Positions 29,979-39,586 of a DNA stretch of 64,000 bases are shown here, piece after piece. The DNA is from Candidatus Fervidifonticultor secundus. GTDB taxonomy: Bacteria; Sysuimicrobiota; Sysuimicrobiia; Sysuimicrobiales; Humicultoraceae. Made by a program: the position numbers and the translations under genes. The notes below the pieces were generated by a model. That model ran no database searches. It was not told where the DNA came from and worked only from the letters and a program-made list of their open reading frames with translations. The first letter of the stretch is position 1, and each line of letters opens with the position of its first letter. The stretch lies in contig JAVKIP010000001.1 of NCBI GenBank assembly GCA_031459385.1, positions 32,001-96,000 on the forward strand. The letters are read 5' to 3'.

Positions 29979-30884
29979 ATGACCATGCAGGGGATGCGGC
30001 GGCTGGCGGTGCTGGGTGGCGTGCTCATCGCGGGCCTGGCGGCGGTGGCGGCGTCGGGGGCCGAGGGGACCAAGTTCACGCTGCGGATCGGTTCGAAGAA
30101 CTTCACCGAGCAGTTCATCCTCGCCGAGATGTACGCCCAGGCCCTCGAGGCCCGCGGCTACCGCGTGGAGCGGTTCATCAACCTGGGCGGCACGCTCATC
30201 GCCCACCAGGCCGTGGTCAGCGGCAAGATCGACATGTACCCGGAGTACACGGGCACGGCCCTGGCCGCGGTGGTGAAGGGTACGATCACCAGCGATCCGG
30301 CCGCGGTCTACCGGCAGGTGAAGGAGTACTACGAGCGCCAGCTGGGGCTGACGCTGCTGAACTACTCGAAGATGAACAACGGCTACGTGCTGGTCGTGCT
30401 CCCCGAGACAGCCCAGCGGTATCGCCTGAAGACGATGTCGGATCTGGCCCGGGTCTCGCGCCAGCTGGTGCTGGGCGCCGGGCCCGAGTGGGCCGACCGC
30501 GAGGACGGGGTGCCGGGGCTGCGCCGACACTATGGCATGGAGTTCAAGGAGTTCCGGCCCATGCTGACCGCGCTGAAGTACCAGGCGCTGCGGGAGCGGC
30601 AGGTGGACGTGATCAACGGGTTCACCACCGACGGGCAGATCGCCGCCATGCGGCTGGTGCGCCTGGCCGACGACAGGAACTTCTGGCCGCCCTATCGGGT
30701 CGCCCCGGTGCTCCGCAAGGAGATCGCCGCCAACTACCCTGGCATCGTGAGCATCCTGAACGCGGTGACGGCGCTGCTCACGGACGACGCCCAGGCGGAG
30801 CTGAACTGGCGCGTGGACGGTCAGAAAGAGGAGCCCCGCGACGTGGCCCGCGACTTCCTGAAGAAGCACGGGCTCGTGAAGTAG
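29979..30884 (+). CDS. Osmoprotectant ABC substrate-binding protein (OpuAC/OpuCC family)
   Basis: IGSKNFTEQFIL, YPEYTGT, DDRNFWPPY. Confidence 0.93.
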   Translation: MTMQGMRRLAVLGGVLIAGLAAVAASGAEGTKFTLRIGSKNFTEQFILAEMYAQALEARGYRVERFINLGGTLIAHQAVVSGKIDMYPEYTGTALAAVVKGTITSDPAAVYRQVKEYYERQLGLTLLNYSKMNNGYVLVVLPETAQRYRLKTMSDLARVSRQLVLGAGPEWADREDGVPGLRRHYGMEFKEFRPMLTALKYQALRERQVDVINGFTTDGQIAAMRLVRLADDRNFWPPYRVAPVLRKEIAANYPGIVSILNAVTALLTDDAQAELNWRVDGQKEEPRDVARDFLKKHGLVK

Positions 30885-30918
30885 GCGACGCACGGGCGCG
30901 CCGGGTCGGGTCCAGCCC

Positions 30919-31575
30919 ATGGCGGACGCGCTGCGAGGCGCTTGGGCATACGCGCTGGCACATCCGGACCGCTTCTGGCAGAGCGTTATCACCCACGCGC
31001 AGCTTAGCGGGGCGGCGCTCGGCGTTGCCACAGCGCTGGCGGTGACCGCAGGCGTGTTGGTGAGCCGCTACCGGCGCGCGGCGCCGCCGGTGCTGGCCCT
31101 GGCCAGCCTCGGCCGGGCCGTGCCCCACCTGGCGATCCTGGCGGCGCTGCTGCCCCTGGTGGGGATCGGGACCCGACCGGCACTGATCGCGCTGGTGCTC
31201 ATCGCCATGCCGCCGATTCTGGTCAACACGTACACCGGCATCACGCAGGTGGACCCCGGCGCCGTGGAGGCCGCGCGCGGCATGGGCATGAGCACCTGGA
31301 CGCTGCTGTGGCGCGTGGAGCTGCCGCTGGTCGTGCCGGTGATCTTCGCGGGCCTGCGGACCGCGGCGGTCAACGTCGTCGCCAGCGCTACGCTGGCGAC
31401 CTTCATCGGGGGCGGGGGATTGGGCGACTTCATTCAGGCAGGTCTGGCGCTGAACGACGTTGCCCAGATCCTGGTCGGCGCCGTGCCGGTGGCGGGCGGC
31501 GCCGTGCTGGTAGACGCGTGCTTCGGAGGCCTGGAGCGGTGGTTGACCCCGCTGCGCGGGACGCAGGGACCGTGA
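30919..31575 (+). CDS. Osmoprotectant ABC permease
   Basis: PPILVNTYTG, EAARGMGM, VELPL, IGGGGLG. Confidence 0.92.
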   Translation: MADALRGAWAYALAHPDRFWQSVITHAQLSGAALGVATALAVTAGVLVSRYRRAAPPVLALASLGRAVPHLAILAALLPLVGIGTRPALIALVLIAMPPILVNTYTGITQVDPGAVEAARGMGMSTWTLLWRVELPLVVPVIFAGLRTAAVNVVASATLATFIGGGGLGDFIQAGLALNDVAQILVGAVPVAGGAVLVDACFGGLERWLTPLRGTQGP

Positions 31576-32621
31576 TCGCGTTCGAGCACGTCGAGAAGCG
31601 CTACCCCGGGCAGGCGCAGCCGGCGGTGCGCGACGTGAGCCTCACGGTGCCCGAGGGGTGCACGTGCGTGCTGGTGGGACCCTCGGGGTGCGGCAAGACC
31701 ACGCTGCTCAAGATGGTCAACCGGCTGGTCGAGCCGACCGCGGGCGTCGTGCGAGTGGCGGGACAGAACGTCGCCGAGGTGGATCCGGTGCAGCTGCGCC
31801 GGGGGATCGGGTACGTGATCCAGCAGATCGGCCTGTTCCCCCACATGACCATCGCCGAGAACGTGGCCACGGTCCCTCGACTGCTGGGCTGGCCGCCGGC
31901 CCGCATCGCCAGTCGGGTCGACGAACTGCTGGCGCTGGTGGGCATGGACCCCGCGGTCTACCGCGACCGCTATCCGCGCCAGCTCTCGGGCGGGCAGGCC
32001 CAGCGGGTGGGCGTGGCGCGGGCGCTGGCCGCCGACCCGCCGATCATGTTGATGGACGAGCCCTTCGGCGCCCTCGATCCCATCACGCGCGAGCGCCTGC
32101 AGGCCGAGTTCCTGCGCATCCAGCACCGCCTGCGCAAGACGATCCTCTTCGTCACCCATGACCTGGCCGAGGCGTTCCGCATGGGCGACTACGTCTGCAT
32201 TCTCAACGAGGGACAGGTGCGGCAGGTCGGCACGCCCGACGAGGTGCTGGCCCGGCCGGCCGGCGCGTTCGTCGCGGCGTTCCTGGGGACCAGTCGGGCG
32301 TTGCGGCGGCTGGACCTCATTCGGGTGGAGACCGTGGTGCAGGAGGAGCCGGTGCGGGCCGGTGGGCGCGGGACGGGGCGGGACGGGACGACGGCACCTG
32401 CGGAGCGCGAGGCTACCGGGGCGGTGCCTGCGGTGCCGCGCGATGCATCGCTCGCCGAGGCGTTGTCGGTGATGCTGGCAGAGGACGTCGCCACGCTGGC
32501 CGTCACCGATGAAGGGGGGCGGGCGGTGGGAACCGTCTCGCTGGACGACATCCGGAGAGTCATGCGGACCGCCCCCGACGCGGGCGCGGGGCACGCCGGA
32601 GTTGGTCAGCGCGGCAGCTGA
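31572..32621 (+). CDS. Osmoprotectant ABC ATPase (OpuCA-like, C-terminal CBS-like region)
   Basis: GPSGCGKTT, GYVIQQIGLFPH, LSGGQAQR, DEPFGALDP. Confidence 0.93.
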   Translation: MIAFEHVEKRYPGQAQPAVRDVSLTVPEGCTCVLVGPSGCGKTTLLKMVNRLVEPTAGVVRVAGQNVAEVDPVQLRRGIGYVIQQIGLFPHMTIAENVATVPRLLGWPPARIASRVDELLALVGMDPAVYRDRYPRQLSGGQAQRVGVARALAADPPIMLMDEPFGALDPITRERLQAEFLRIQHRLRKTILFVTHDLAEAFRMGDYVCILNEGQVRQVGTPDEVLARPAGAFVAAFLGTSRALRRLDLIRVETVVQEEPVRAGGRGTGRDGTTAPAEREATGAVPAVPRDASLAEALSVMLAEDVATLAVTDEGGRAVGTVSLDDIRRVMRTAPDAGAGHAGVGQRGS

Positions 32622-33517
32622 ATATCCTTCTGGCGGGGGTCGAGGGCGTCCCGCAGGCCGTCGCCCACCAGGTTGAACGCCAGCACGGTCAGCGAGATCA
32701 TCACGCCTGGCGCGATGGCGATCTGCGGGTACGTCAGGATGAACGCACGGCCGTCGGCCAGCATGCCGCCCCATGACGGCGTGGGGGGCTGGGCGCCCAG
32801 GCCCAGGAACGACAGCGCCGACTCCAGCAGGATGATGCCGCCGATGCCCAGGCTGGCGATGACGACGACCGGGCTCAGCACGTTGGGCACGATGTGCCGC
32901 AGGATGATCCGCCCTACCCCGGCCCCGGCGGCCTGGGCGGCCAGCACGAACTCGCGTTCGCGCAGGCTCAGCACCTCGGCGCGCACGACCCGGGCATACT
33001 GCGCCCAGGTGGTGAGCCCGATGATCACGACCACCGTGACCAGGCTCGGCCCCAGCACCGCGGCCAGGGTGATCAGCAGCACCAGCAGCGGGTAGGCCAT
33101 GAGAGTGTCCACCAGGCGCGACAGCACTGCGTCGACGGCCCCGCCCAGGTAGCCCGCTGTCGCGCCTACGGCCACGCCGATCGCGACGGCGATGCCGGTG
33201 GCCAGCAGGCCGACGATCAGCGCCACCCGCGTCCCGTGGATGATGCGGCTCAGCACGTCGCGGCCGATGTGGTCGAAGCCCAGCGGGTGGCTCCATGAGG
33301 GCGGCGCGCCCCGCATGCCGCGGAAGACCTCCTGGTAGGGGTAGGGGGCGAAGACGTCCGGGGCCGCGGCCAGCACCAGCAGGATCAGGAGGAACCCCAG
33401 GCCGGCCACCCCTGGCCGGTAGCGCGTGAAGCGCCGCCAGCCGCGGTGCCACTCGGAGCGGCGTGCAGGCTCCAGGCGGGCCGGGGCCAGCGGGGCGACC
33501 GTGAGGTCCTCTCTCAC
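32606..33517 (-). CDS. Peptide ABC permease (DppC/OppC)
   Basis: HPLGFDHIGRD, REFVLAA, ESALSFLGLG..PP.PSWG, GDGLRDALDP. Confidence 0.94.
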   Translation of the reverse strand: MREDLTVAPLAPARLEPARRSEWHRGWRRFTRYRPGVAGLGFLLILLVLAAAPDVFAPYPYQEVFRGMRGAPPSWSHPLGFDHIGRDVLSRIIHGTRVALIVGLLATGIAVAIGVAVGATAGYLGGAVDAVLSRLVDTLMAYPLLVLLITLAAVLGPSLVTVVVIIGLTTWAQYARVVRAEVLSLREREFVLAAQAAGAGVGRIILRHIVPNVLSPVVVIASLGIGGIILLESALSFLGLGAQPPTPSWGGMLADGRAFILTYPQIAIAPGVMISLTVLAFNLVGDGLRDALDPRQKDIQLPR

Positions 33518-33521
33518 TGCG

Positions 33522-34448
33522 TCACCGGATGCGGATGCGCGGGTCGACGATCCCGTAGACGAGATCGGTGACCAGGTTGCCCACCACTACCAGCACGCTC
33601 AGCAGCAGCACGATCGCCTGGACCACCTGGTAGTCGACCCGGTTGACGGACTCGATGAACAGCTGGCCCAACCCCGGCAGGGCAAACACCGTCTCGACCA
33701 CGATGGTCCCGCTCAGGATGAACGCCAGGCGGTAGCCGATGACGGTGATGATGGGCAGCAGGGCGTTGCGCACGGCGTGCCTGAGGATCACGCCGCGCTC
33801 CGGCAGGCCTTTGGCACGGGCCGTGCGGACGAAGTCCTCGCCCAGATTGTCCAGGACCGACGACCGCATCAGGCGCGCCAGGAGGGCCATCTGGCTGGAG
33901 ACGATCACCGCCACCGGGAGGACGTATCCCTGCCATCCGGGCAGCCCGAACGGTGGCAGCCAGCGCAGGACCAGCGAGAAGATCACGATGAGCATCAGCC
34001 CCACCCAGAAGTTGGGCAGGGCCACGCCGATGGTGGTGCTCACCATGATGGCGTAGTCGAACAGCGAGTAGCGCCGCACGGCGGCCACGATGCCGGCTGG
34101 CAGCGCCAGCGCCACGGACAGCGCGAAGGCCACCAGGTTGAGGGTGATGGTGACCGAGGCGGCCTCGGCGATCATGGTGCGTACCGGGACGCCGCTGCGG
34201 ACCACCGACTGGCCGAAGTCGCCACGGGCCATGTTGCCGATCCAGCGCAGGTACTGCTCGTGCAGCGGGCGGTCGAGGCCCCACTTGGCGCGGATCAGGT
34301 CGATCTGCTCCTGGGTGATCTGCGCTTCGCCGATCAGCAGCGAGATGGGGTCGCCGGGAATCAGGTGCAGCATGGCGAACGTGCCCACGCTGACCAGGAA
34401 GATGACGAGGAGGCCCTGCAGGAGCCGCGTGACGATATAGCGCTGCAC
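33522..34448 (-). CDS. Peptide ABC permease (DppB/OppB)
   Basis: GDFGQS, EDFVRTARAKGL, ETVFALPGLG, DPRIR. Confidence 0.94.
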   Translation of the reverse strand: MQRYIVTRLLQGLLVIFLVSVGTFAMLHLIPGDPISLLIGEAQITQEQIDLIRAKWGLDRPLHEQYLRWIGNMARGDFGQSVVRSGVPVRTMIAEAASVTITLNLVAFALSVALALPAGIVAAVRRYSLFDYAIMVSTTIGVALPNFWVGLMLIVIFSLVLRWLPPFGLPGWQGYVLPVAVIVSSQMALLARLMRSSVLDNLGEDFVRTARAKGLPERGVILRHAVRNALLPIITVIGYRLAFILSGTIVVETVFALPGLGQLFIESVNRVDYQVVQAIVLLLSVLVVVGNLVTDLVYGIVDPRIRIR

Positions 34449-34483
34449 CTACGCGGTCCCGGTGCCAGACCCGGTGCGGGCGT

Positions 34484-36136
34484 CTACTCGATCCACCACT
34501 TGTAGGCCAGGCGGTAGAGGGCGGTGTCGCCCTGCAGGGCCGTGGTGGGCAGCCCTTTGATGCGTTTGGTGAAGATGTTGTACCAGTCCCAGTACATGAT
34601 GTACAGGAAAGGCACCTCTTCAGCCACGATGGCCTGGATCTCGTGGTAGATGCGGCGGCGCTGGCTGGTGGTGGTGGCCCGGAGTCCAGCGGCCAGCAGC
34701 TCGTCGACCCGCTGGTTCTTGAAGCGCGAGAAGTTGCGCGCCGCGTCGGACCGCAGCGTGTCGGAGGCGTCGGGCTCGCCGCCGGTGCCGCCGTAGGTCC
34801 AGTTGAACAGCGAGGCGTCCATCTCGCCCTTGGGCAGTTGCGCCAGGATGGTGGCCACCGGCCGCTCGACCAGCCGCATCTCGATGCCCACGGCGGCCAG
34901 GTCCTGCTGCGCCACCTCGGCCTCGGGCCGCCGCGCCCGGTCGCCCGTGATCGTCACGCAGGTGAACGAGGCCCGGCGCCCGTCCTTCACCCGCACGCCG
35001 CCGGGGCCCATGCGCCAGCCGGCCTCTTCCAGCAGCGCCCGGGCGCGCGCCGGGTCGTAGGGGTACTGCTTCACGTTGGGGTTGTACCAGGGCTGCAGGC
35101 TGGGCGCCAGGTTGGCCGTGGCCAGCACCGCGGTGCCGCGGAAGACGTCGTCGATCAGGCGCTGGCGGTCGATGGCGTGCATCATGGCCTGCCGGACGCG
35201 CTTGTCGGAGAGCACAGGATGCTCGTTGTTCAGCGGGAAGTGGTTCACGGCCAGGCTGGCGGTCTTGAAGACGGTGTAGTTCGGGTCGCCGGCGAAGCGC
35301 AGGTTGTCTTCGGCCAGCAGCGGCCACACTGCCGAGTCGGCCTGGCCGGTGCGCAGGGCGATGGCGCGGACCGAGGCCTCCGGCACGATGTCCTCGCGAA
35401 ACTGGTCGATGTGCGGGCGGCCGCGGAAGTGCTGGTCGAAGGCTTCCACCACGGTGTACTCCGCCGGCCGCCACTCCCGCAGCCGGAAGGCGCCGGTGCC
35501 GAGGGGCGCGCCTTTGTAGGTCTTCTCACCCACCCGGGCGTGGTAGTGCGCCGGCACGATGAACTGCGTGGCGACCCGCCGCAGGAAGGCCGCGTTGGGC
35601 TCCTTGAGCTGCACCACCACCGTGTACCGGTCGGGGACGGTGATTCGGTCGATCCCGGTGTACAGAGGCGCCTTGACGGTCCCGTTGGCGGGGTTGCCGT
35701 AGAACTCGTAGGTATACTTGACGTCTTCGGCGGTGAACTCCCTGCCGTCGTGGAACCGGACGCCCCGGCGGAGCTTGAAGGTGTACGTGAGGCCGTCGCC
35801 CGAAACCTGGTAGCTCTCGGCAAGGACCCGCTCCAGTACGAAGTGCTCGTTCACCTCGAGCAGGGCGTTGTGGATCTGGGTGATGATGGTCCGGTGCACG
35901 GTGGGGCCGTCGTCGTCAGGGCTCAGACTGGAGATCTCGTGGTGGCCGGTCACCCGGACGATCCCCCCGCGCCGCGGGCTGGGGGCGGCCGTGACGACCA
36001 CGGGGCGGCGGATCAGGACCGGCGCAGCGGTGGCAGCCCCCAGCAGCGCGGCCTGCTGGAGGAACGCGCGCCGGGTGGTCGTCGGCAGATCGCGGAGCGC
36101 CTTCTCGATCACCAGGGCGTCAGGTTCACGGGCCAT
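34484..36136 (-). CDS. Family 5 ABC substrate-binding protein, Tat-exported (paralog 2)
   Basis: TTRRAFL; LRRGVRFHDGREFTAEDVKYT; RBS GGAGG. Confidence 0.92.
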   Translation of the reverse strand: MAREPDALVIEKALRDLPTTTRRAFLQQAALLGAATAAPVLIRRPVVVTAAPSPRRGGIVRVTGHHEISSLSPDDDGPTVHRTIITQIHNALLEVNEHFVLERVLAESYQVSGDGLTYTFKLRRGVRFHDGREFTAEDVKYTYEFYGNPANGTVKAPLYTGIDRITVPDRYTVVVQLKEPNAAFLRRVATQFIVPAHYHARVGEKTYKGAPLGTGAFRLREWRPAEYTVVEAFDQHFRGRPHIDQFREDIVPEASVRAIALRTGQADSAVWPLLAEDNLRFAGDPNYTVFKTASLAVNHFPLNNEHPVLSDKRVRQAMMHAIDRQRLIDDVFRGTAVLATANLAPSLQPWYNPNVKQYPYDPARARALLEEAGWRMGPGGVRVKDGRRASFTCVTITGDRARRPEAEVAQQDLAAVGIEMRLVERPVATILAQLPKGEMDASLFNWTYGGTGGEPDASDTLRSDAARNFSRFKNQRVDELLAAGLRATTTSQRRRIYHEIQAIVAEEVPFLYIMYWDWYNIFTKRIKGLPTTALQGDTALYRLAYKWWIE

Positions 36137-36214
36137 GGTCACGCCTCCTGCACTCGGGGGCGAGGTGTGCCCCATGTTTCGGCAGCCCCTGGCCGGCGTC
36201 CTCCGGGGGCCGCG

Positions 36215-37864
36215 CTACTCGATCCACCACCGGTAGGCGGTGGCGTAGATCGCGAATCCATCCTCCGGTTTGGAGGGCAGGCCCTTGATGCGCTTGGTGA
36301 AGACGTTGAACCAGTCCCAGTACATCATGTAGAGGACCGGGACGTCCTCCACGAAGATCCGCTGGACCTCCTGGTAGATCTTCTGGCGCGTCTTGGTATC
36401 GACCTCGCGCAGTCCCTGGGCCAGCAGCTCGTCCATACGCGGGTTACTGTACTGGGCGAAGTTGCGCACGGCCCCGGTACGCAGGGTGTTGGACGGGTCG
36501 GGCTCCAGCGCGCCGCTGTTGTACGTCCAGTTGAACAGCGACGCGTCCAGCTCGCCCTTGGGGAGCTGCGCCAGGATGGTGGCCACCGGGCGCTCGATGA
36601 TGCGCATCTCGATGCCCACGGCCGCCAGATCCTGCTGCACGATCTCCGCCTCGGGCCGCCGCGCGCGGTCGCCGGTGATGACCGCGCAGGTGAACGCCAG
36701 GCGCTGCCCGTCCTTGACCCGCACCCCCCCGGGGCCCGGGCGCCACCCGGCCTCTTCCAGCAGGACGCGGGCGCGGGCAGGGTCGTAGGGGTACTTCTTG
36801 AGAGTTCGGTCGTACCAGGTGCGCATCGACGGCGGGTAGATCGAGTCGGCGATGATGGCGGTCCCGCGGAAGACGTCGTCGATCAGGCGCTGCCGGTCGA
36901 TGGCGTGCATCATCGCCTGGCGCACACGCCGGTCGGCAAGTTGCGGTAGCTTGTTGTTGATGGGGAAGTGGTTGAGGCCGGTGCTCGAGGTGCGGAAGAC
37001 CGTGTAGTTGGGGTCGGCCTCGAAGCGCAGGTTGTCCTCGGCCAGCAACGGCCATGTGGCCGAGTCGGCGGTGCCGGTGCGCAGCGCGATGGCCCGCACC
37101 GAGGCCTCGGGCACGACGTCCTGCCGGAAGAAGTCGATGTGGGGGCGGCCGCGGAAGTGCTGGTCGAAGGCCTCGACGAGGGTGTACTCGGCCGGGCGCC
37201 ACTCCCGCAGCTTGAACGGGCCGGTGCCCATGGGCTGGCTCTTGTAGGCACGCTCGCCGATGCGGCTGTGGTACCTGGCGGGCAGGATGAACGTCGTGGC
37301 GGTCTGCACCAGGAACGGCGCGAACGGTTCCTTCATCTTCACGATGACGGTGTAGCGGTCGGGCAGCTCCACGCGATCGACGGCGCGGAAGTAGATGGCG
37401 TCGTTGGACGCGTTGGCCGGGTTCATATGGTACTCGAAGGTGTACTTGACGTCCTCGCCGGTGAACTCGCTGCCGTCGTGGAACTTCACCCCCCGGCGGA
37501 GGCGGAACCGGTACTGCAGACCGTCTCTGGCTACCTCGTAGTGCTCGCACAGCACCTTTTCCAGCACCAGGTAGGGGTTGGCTTCGATCAGGGCGTTGTG
37601 GATCTGCGTGACCATGACCCAGTGGACCGATGGTGCGTCGTCCTGCGGGCTCAGGCTCGCCACTTCCTGGTGGCCCATGACGCGGACGGTGCCGCCCCGC
37701 CTGGAGCTGGGGGCGGCCTCGACGATCAGCGGGTGTCGGACGAAGACCGGGACGGCGGCGCCTGCCCCGAGGACCGCGGCCTGCCGGAGGAACGCGCGGC
37801 GCGTGGTCGAGGGCAGGTCGCGGAGGATCTTCTCGATGGTGACCTCGTCGGGTTGCCGACCCAT
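36215..37864 (-). CDS. Family 5 ABC substrate-binding protein, Tat-exported (paralog 1)
   Basis: TTRRAFL; LRRGVKFHDGSEFTGEDVKYT; RBS GGGAGG. Confidence 0.92.
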   Translation of the reverse strand: MGRQPDEVTIEKILRDLPSTTRRAFLRQAAVLGAGAAVPVFVRHPLIVEAAPSSRRGGTVRVMGHQEVASLSPQDDAPSVHWVMVTQIHNALIEANPYLVLEKVLCEHYEVARDGLQYRFRLRRGVKFHDGSEFTGEDVKYTFEYHMNPANASNDAIYFRAVDRVELPDRYTVIVKMKEPFAPFLVQTATTFILPARYHSRIGERAYKSQPMGTGPFKLREWRPAEYTLVEAFDQHFRGRPHIDFFRQDVVPEASVRAIALRTGTADSATWPLLAEDNLRFEADPNYTVFRTSSTGLNHFPINNKLPQLADRRVRQAMMHAIDRQRLIDDVFRGTAIIADSIYPPSMRTWYDRTLKKYPYDPARARVLLEEAGWRPGPGGVRVKDGQRLAFTCAVITGDRARRPEAEIVQQDLAAVGIEMRIIERPVATILAQLPKGELDASLFNWTYNSGALEPDPSNTLRTGAVRNFAQYSNPRMDELLAQGLREVDTKTRQKIYQEVQRIFVEDVPVLYMMYWDWFNVFTKRIKGLPSKPEDGFAIYATAYRWWIE

Positions 37865-37899
37865 GTGTGGCGCCTCCCACGTGGTGACCTTGCCGGGTG

Positions 37900-37928
37900 C
37901 TTCGGCGCGTCCCGGGGTGACCTCCTGC
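37900..37928 (-). promoter_or_regulatory. Putative sigma-H-like promoter (GCAGGA-N19-GAAG)
   Basis: About 35 nt upstream of the SBP start; recurrent motif. Confidence 0.45.
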
Positions 37929-38085
37929 GCAGCCGCGCAGGCGGCGCGAGGCGCTGCGCTCGACCGAAGGTCGGCGTCGCGGCTAGCCCACGAGAGGCCT
38001 GATCGCCCGCAGGATCTCCGTCGCGATCCGCTGTGGGTGAGGGGACCGTGGATCGAAGCGCGCCCCCCGAAGCGCGCCGGCCCGC

Positions 38086-38115
38086 TTGCCCGGCGCGGGC
38101 AGCCTGTGGTATAGT
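38086..38115 (+). promoter_or_regulatory. Sigma-70/sigma-A promoter of the aro/trp operon
   Basis: -35 TTGCCC, 18-nt spacer, extended -10 TGgTATAGT, about 20 nt before T-box stem I. Confidence 0.75.
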
Positions 38116-38132
38116 CCGTGGCACTAACCGCA

Positions 38133-38506
38133 GAGGCCGAAGATCGGGAAGAGTACCCGTTCGGCGTGGCTCCCCGATGGGGCACCGGTGGCGCCGCCAG
38201 GGCGCCCGGGTGGGAGAGAGCCGCGTGGCGGTGGGAGCGCGGTAGCCGCGGGACGGCGAATGGACCCGGGAGGCGCGGGGTGAAGGTGCGCAGATGGGGT
38301 TTGGTGCCGGCATGACAACCGACGGGTCGCAGCCGGCGCCGGTCCGCGCGCGGCAGTAGCCTCGCCGGCGGCTCCCCCGGTACGGGAGCGCGAAGCGCCG
38401 GGCGGCCCTGGCCGGCAACGTGGCTGTCGGCGAGGGCGCACGGAACTCGGGTGGCACCGCGGGAGATCACCTCTCGTCCCTTGAGGGCGAGAGGTGTCTG
38501 TGTTTT
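38133..38506 (+). ncRNA. T-box riboswitch, Trp specifier (transcriptional)
   Basis: GA motif and AGTA (38152), AG box AGAGAG (38215), GGTGGGA loop (38230), specifier GAA-TGG-A (TGG 38261-38263), stem II GAA/AGTA S-turn, T-box AACTCGGGTGGCACCGCG (38444-38461) pairing with CGTCCC, overlapping terminator. Confidence 0.92.
38464..38506 (+). terminator. Intrinsic terminator of the T-box leader
   Basis: CACCTCTCGTCC / GGGCGAGAGGTG hairpin followed by TCTGTGTTTT; mutually exclusive with the antiterminator. Confidence 0.8.
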
Positions 38507-38566
38507 CGAGGGGGGGATCGCGATGGACGGGGGGTTCGCGCGGCGCGCACAAGAGGTGGGGACGGC

Positions 38567-39586
38567 ATGATCATCGTCATGGAGCCTGGGGCCACCGACG
38601 GCCACGTCACAGGCGTTGTCGAGCGCGTGAAGGCCGCGGGCCTCACCACCCACATCTCGGTGGGCGTGGCGCGCACCGTCATCGGCGTGGTCGGCGACGA
38701 CCGCACCAAGGAGATGCTGCGCGAGGCGCTGGAGGGCATGCCGGGCGTCGAGCGGGTCGTGGCGATCCTGCAGCCGTTCAAGCTGGTGAGCCGCGAGTTC
38801 CAGCCCGAGGACACCATCGTGCGGGTGCGCGGGCAGAGCATCGGCAGCGCCAGGGTCGCCGTGATCGCCGGGCCGTGCTCGGTGGAGAGCCGCGAGCAGA
38901 TCCTGAGCACGGCCGAGGCGGTGAAGGCGGCCGGCGCGGGGTTCCTGCGCGGTGGCGCGTTCAAGCCGCGTACATCACCCTACTCCTTCCAGGGGATGGA
39001 GGAAGAGGGTCTCCAGCTCCTGGCCGAGGCCCGGGCCCGGACCGGGCTGCCGGTGGTGACCGAGGCGATGGACGCGGCCCAGCTCGAGCTGGTGGCCCGC
39101 TACGCCGACGTCGTCCAGATCGGTGCACGCAACATGCAGAACTACCCGCTGCTGCGCGAGGCGGGCCGGATGAAGCTGCCGGTGCTGCTCAAGCGTGGCG
39201 TCAGCGCCACCATCGAAGAGTTCCTGCTGGCGGCCGAGTACATCCTGAACGAAGGCAACTACCAGGTGGTGTTGTGCGAGCGCGGGATCCGCGGCTTCAA
39301 CTCCCACACGCGCTACACCCTGGACCTCTCCGCCGTGCCGGTGCTCAAGCGGCTGTCGCACCTGCCCGTGATCGTGGACCCCAGCCACGGCACGGGCAAG
39401 TGGCGCTACGTGGGCTCCATGGCACGGGCTGCCGTGGCCGCGGGCGCGGACGGGCTGATGATCGAGGTGCACCCCGATCCGGCCAACGCGCTGAGCGACG
39501 GCCCGCAGTCGTTGAACCTCGAGAACTTCGCGGACCTGATGGGCAGTCTGCGCCCCCTGGCGGCCGCGGTGGGCCGGGTGCTGTGA
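38567..39586 (+). CDS. aroF: DAHP synthase type I-beta with N-terminal ACT-like regulatory domain
   Basis: [49 protein letters not shown]. Confidence 0.96.
   Translation: MIIVMEPGATDGHVTGVVERVKAAGLTTHISVGVARTVIGVVGDDRTKEMLREALEGMPGVERVVAILQPFKLVSREFQPEDTIVRVRGQSIGSARVAVIAGPCSVESREQILSTAEAVKAAGAGFLRGGAFKPRTSPYSFQGMEEEGLQLLAEARARTGLPVVTEAMDAAQLELVARYADVVQIGARNMQNYPLLREAGRMKLPVLLKRGVSATIEEFLLAAEYILNEGNYQVVLCERGIRGFNSHTRYTLDLSAVPVLKRLSHLPVIVDPSHGTGKWRYVGSMARAAVAAGADGLMIEVHPDPANALSDGPQSLNLENFADLMGSLRPLAAAVGRVL

Noticed and set aside
32606..32621. 16-nt 3' overlap of convergent ABC genes
   Set aside because: Common in compact high-GC genomes; no further signal.
38033..38315. Short ORFs in the trp leader as a ribosome-attenuation leader peptide
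   Set aside because: No tandem Trp codons, they begin before or at the promoter, and the region is fully explained by the T-box.
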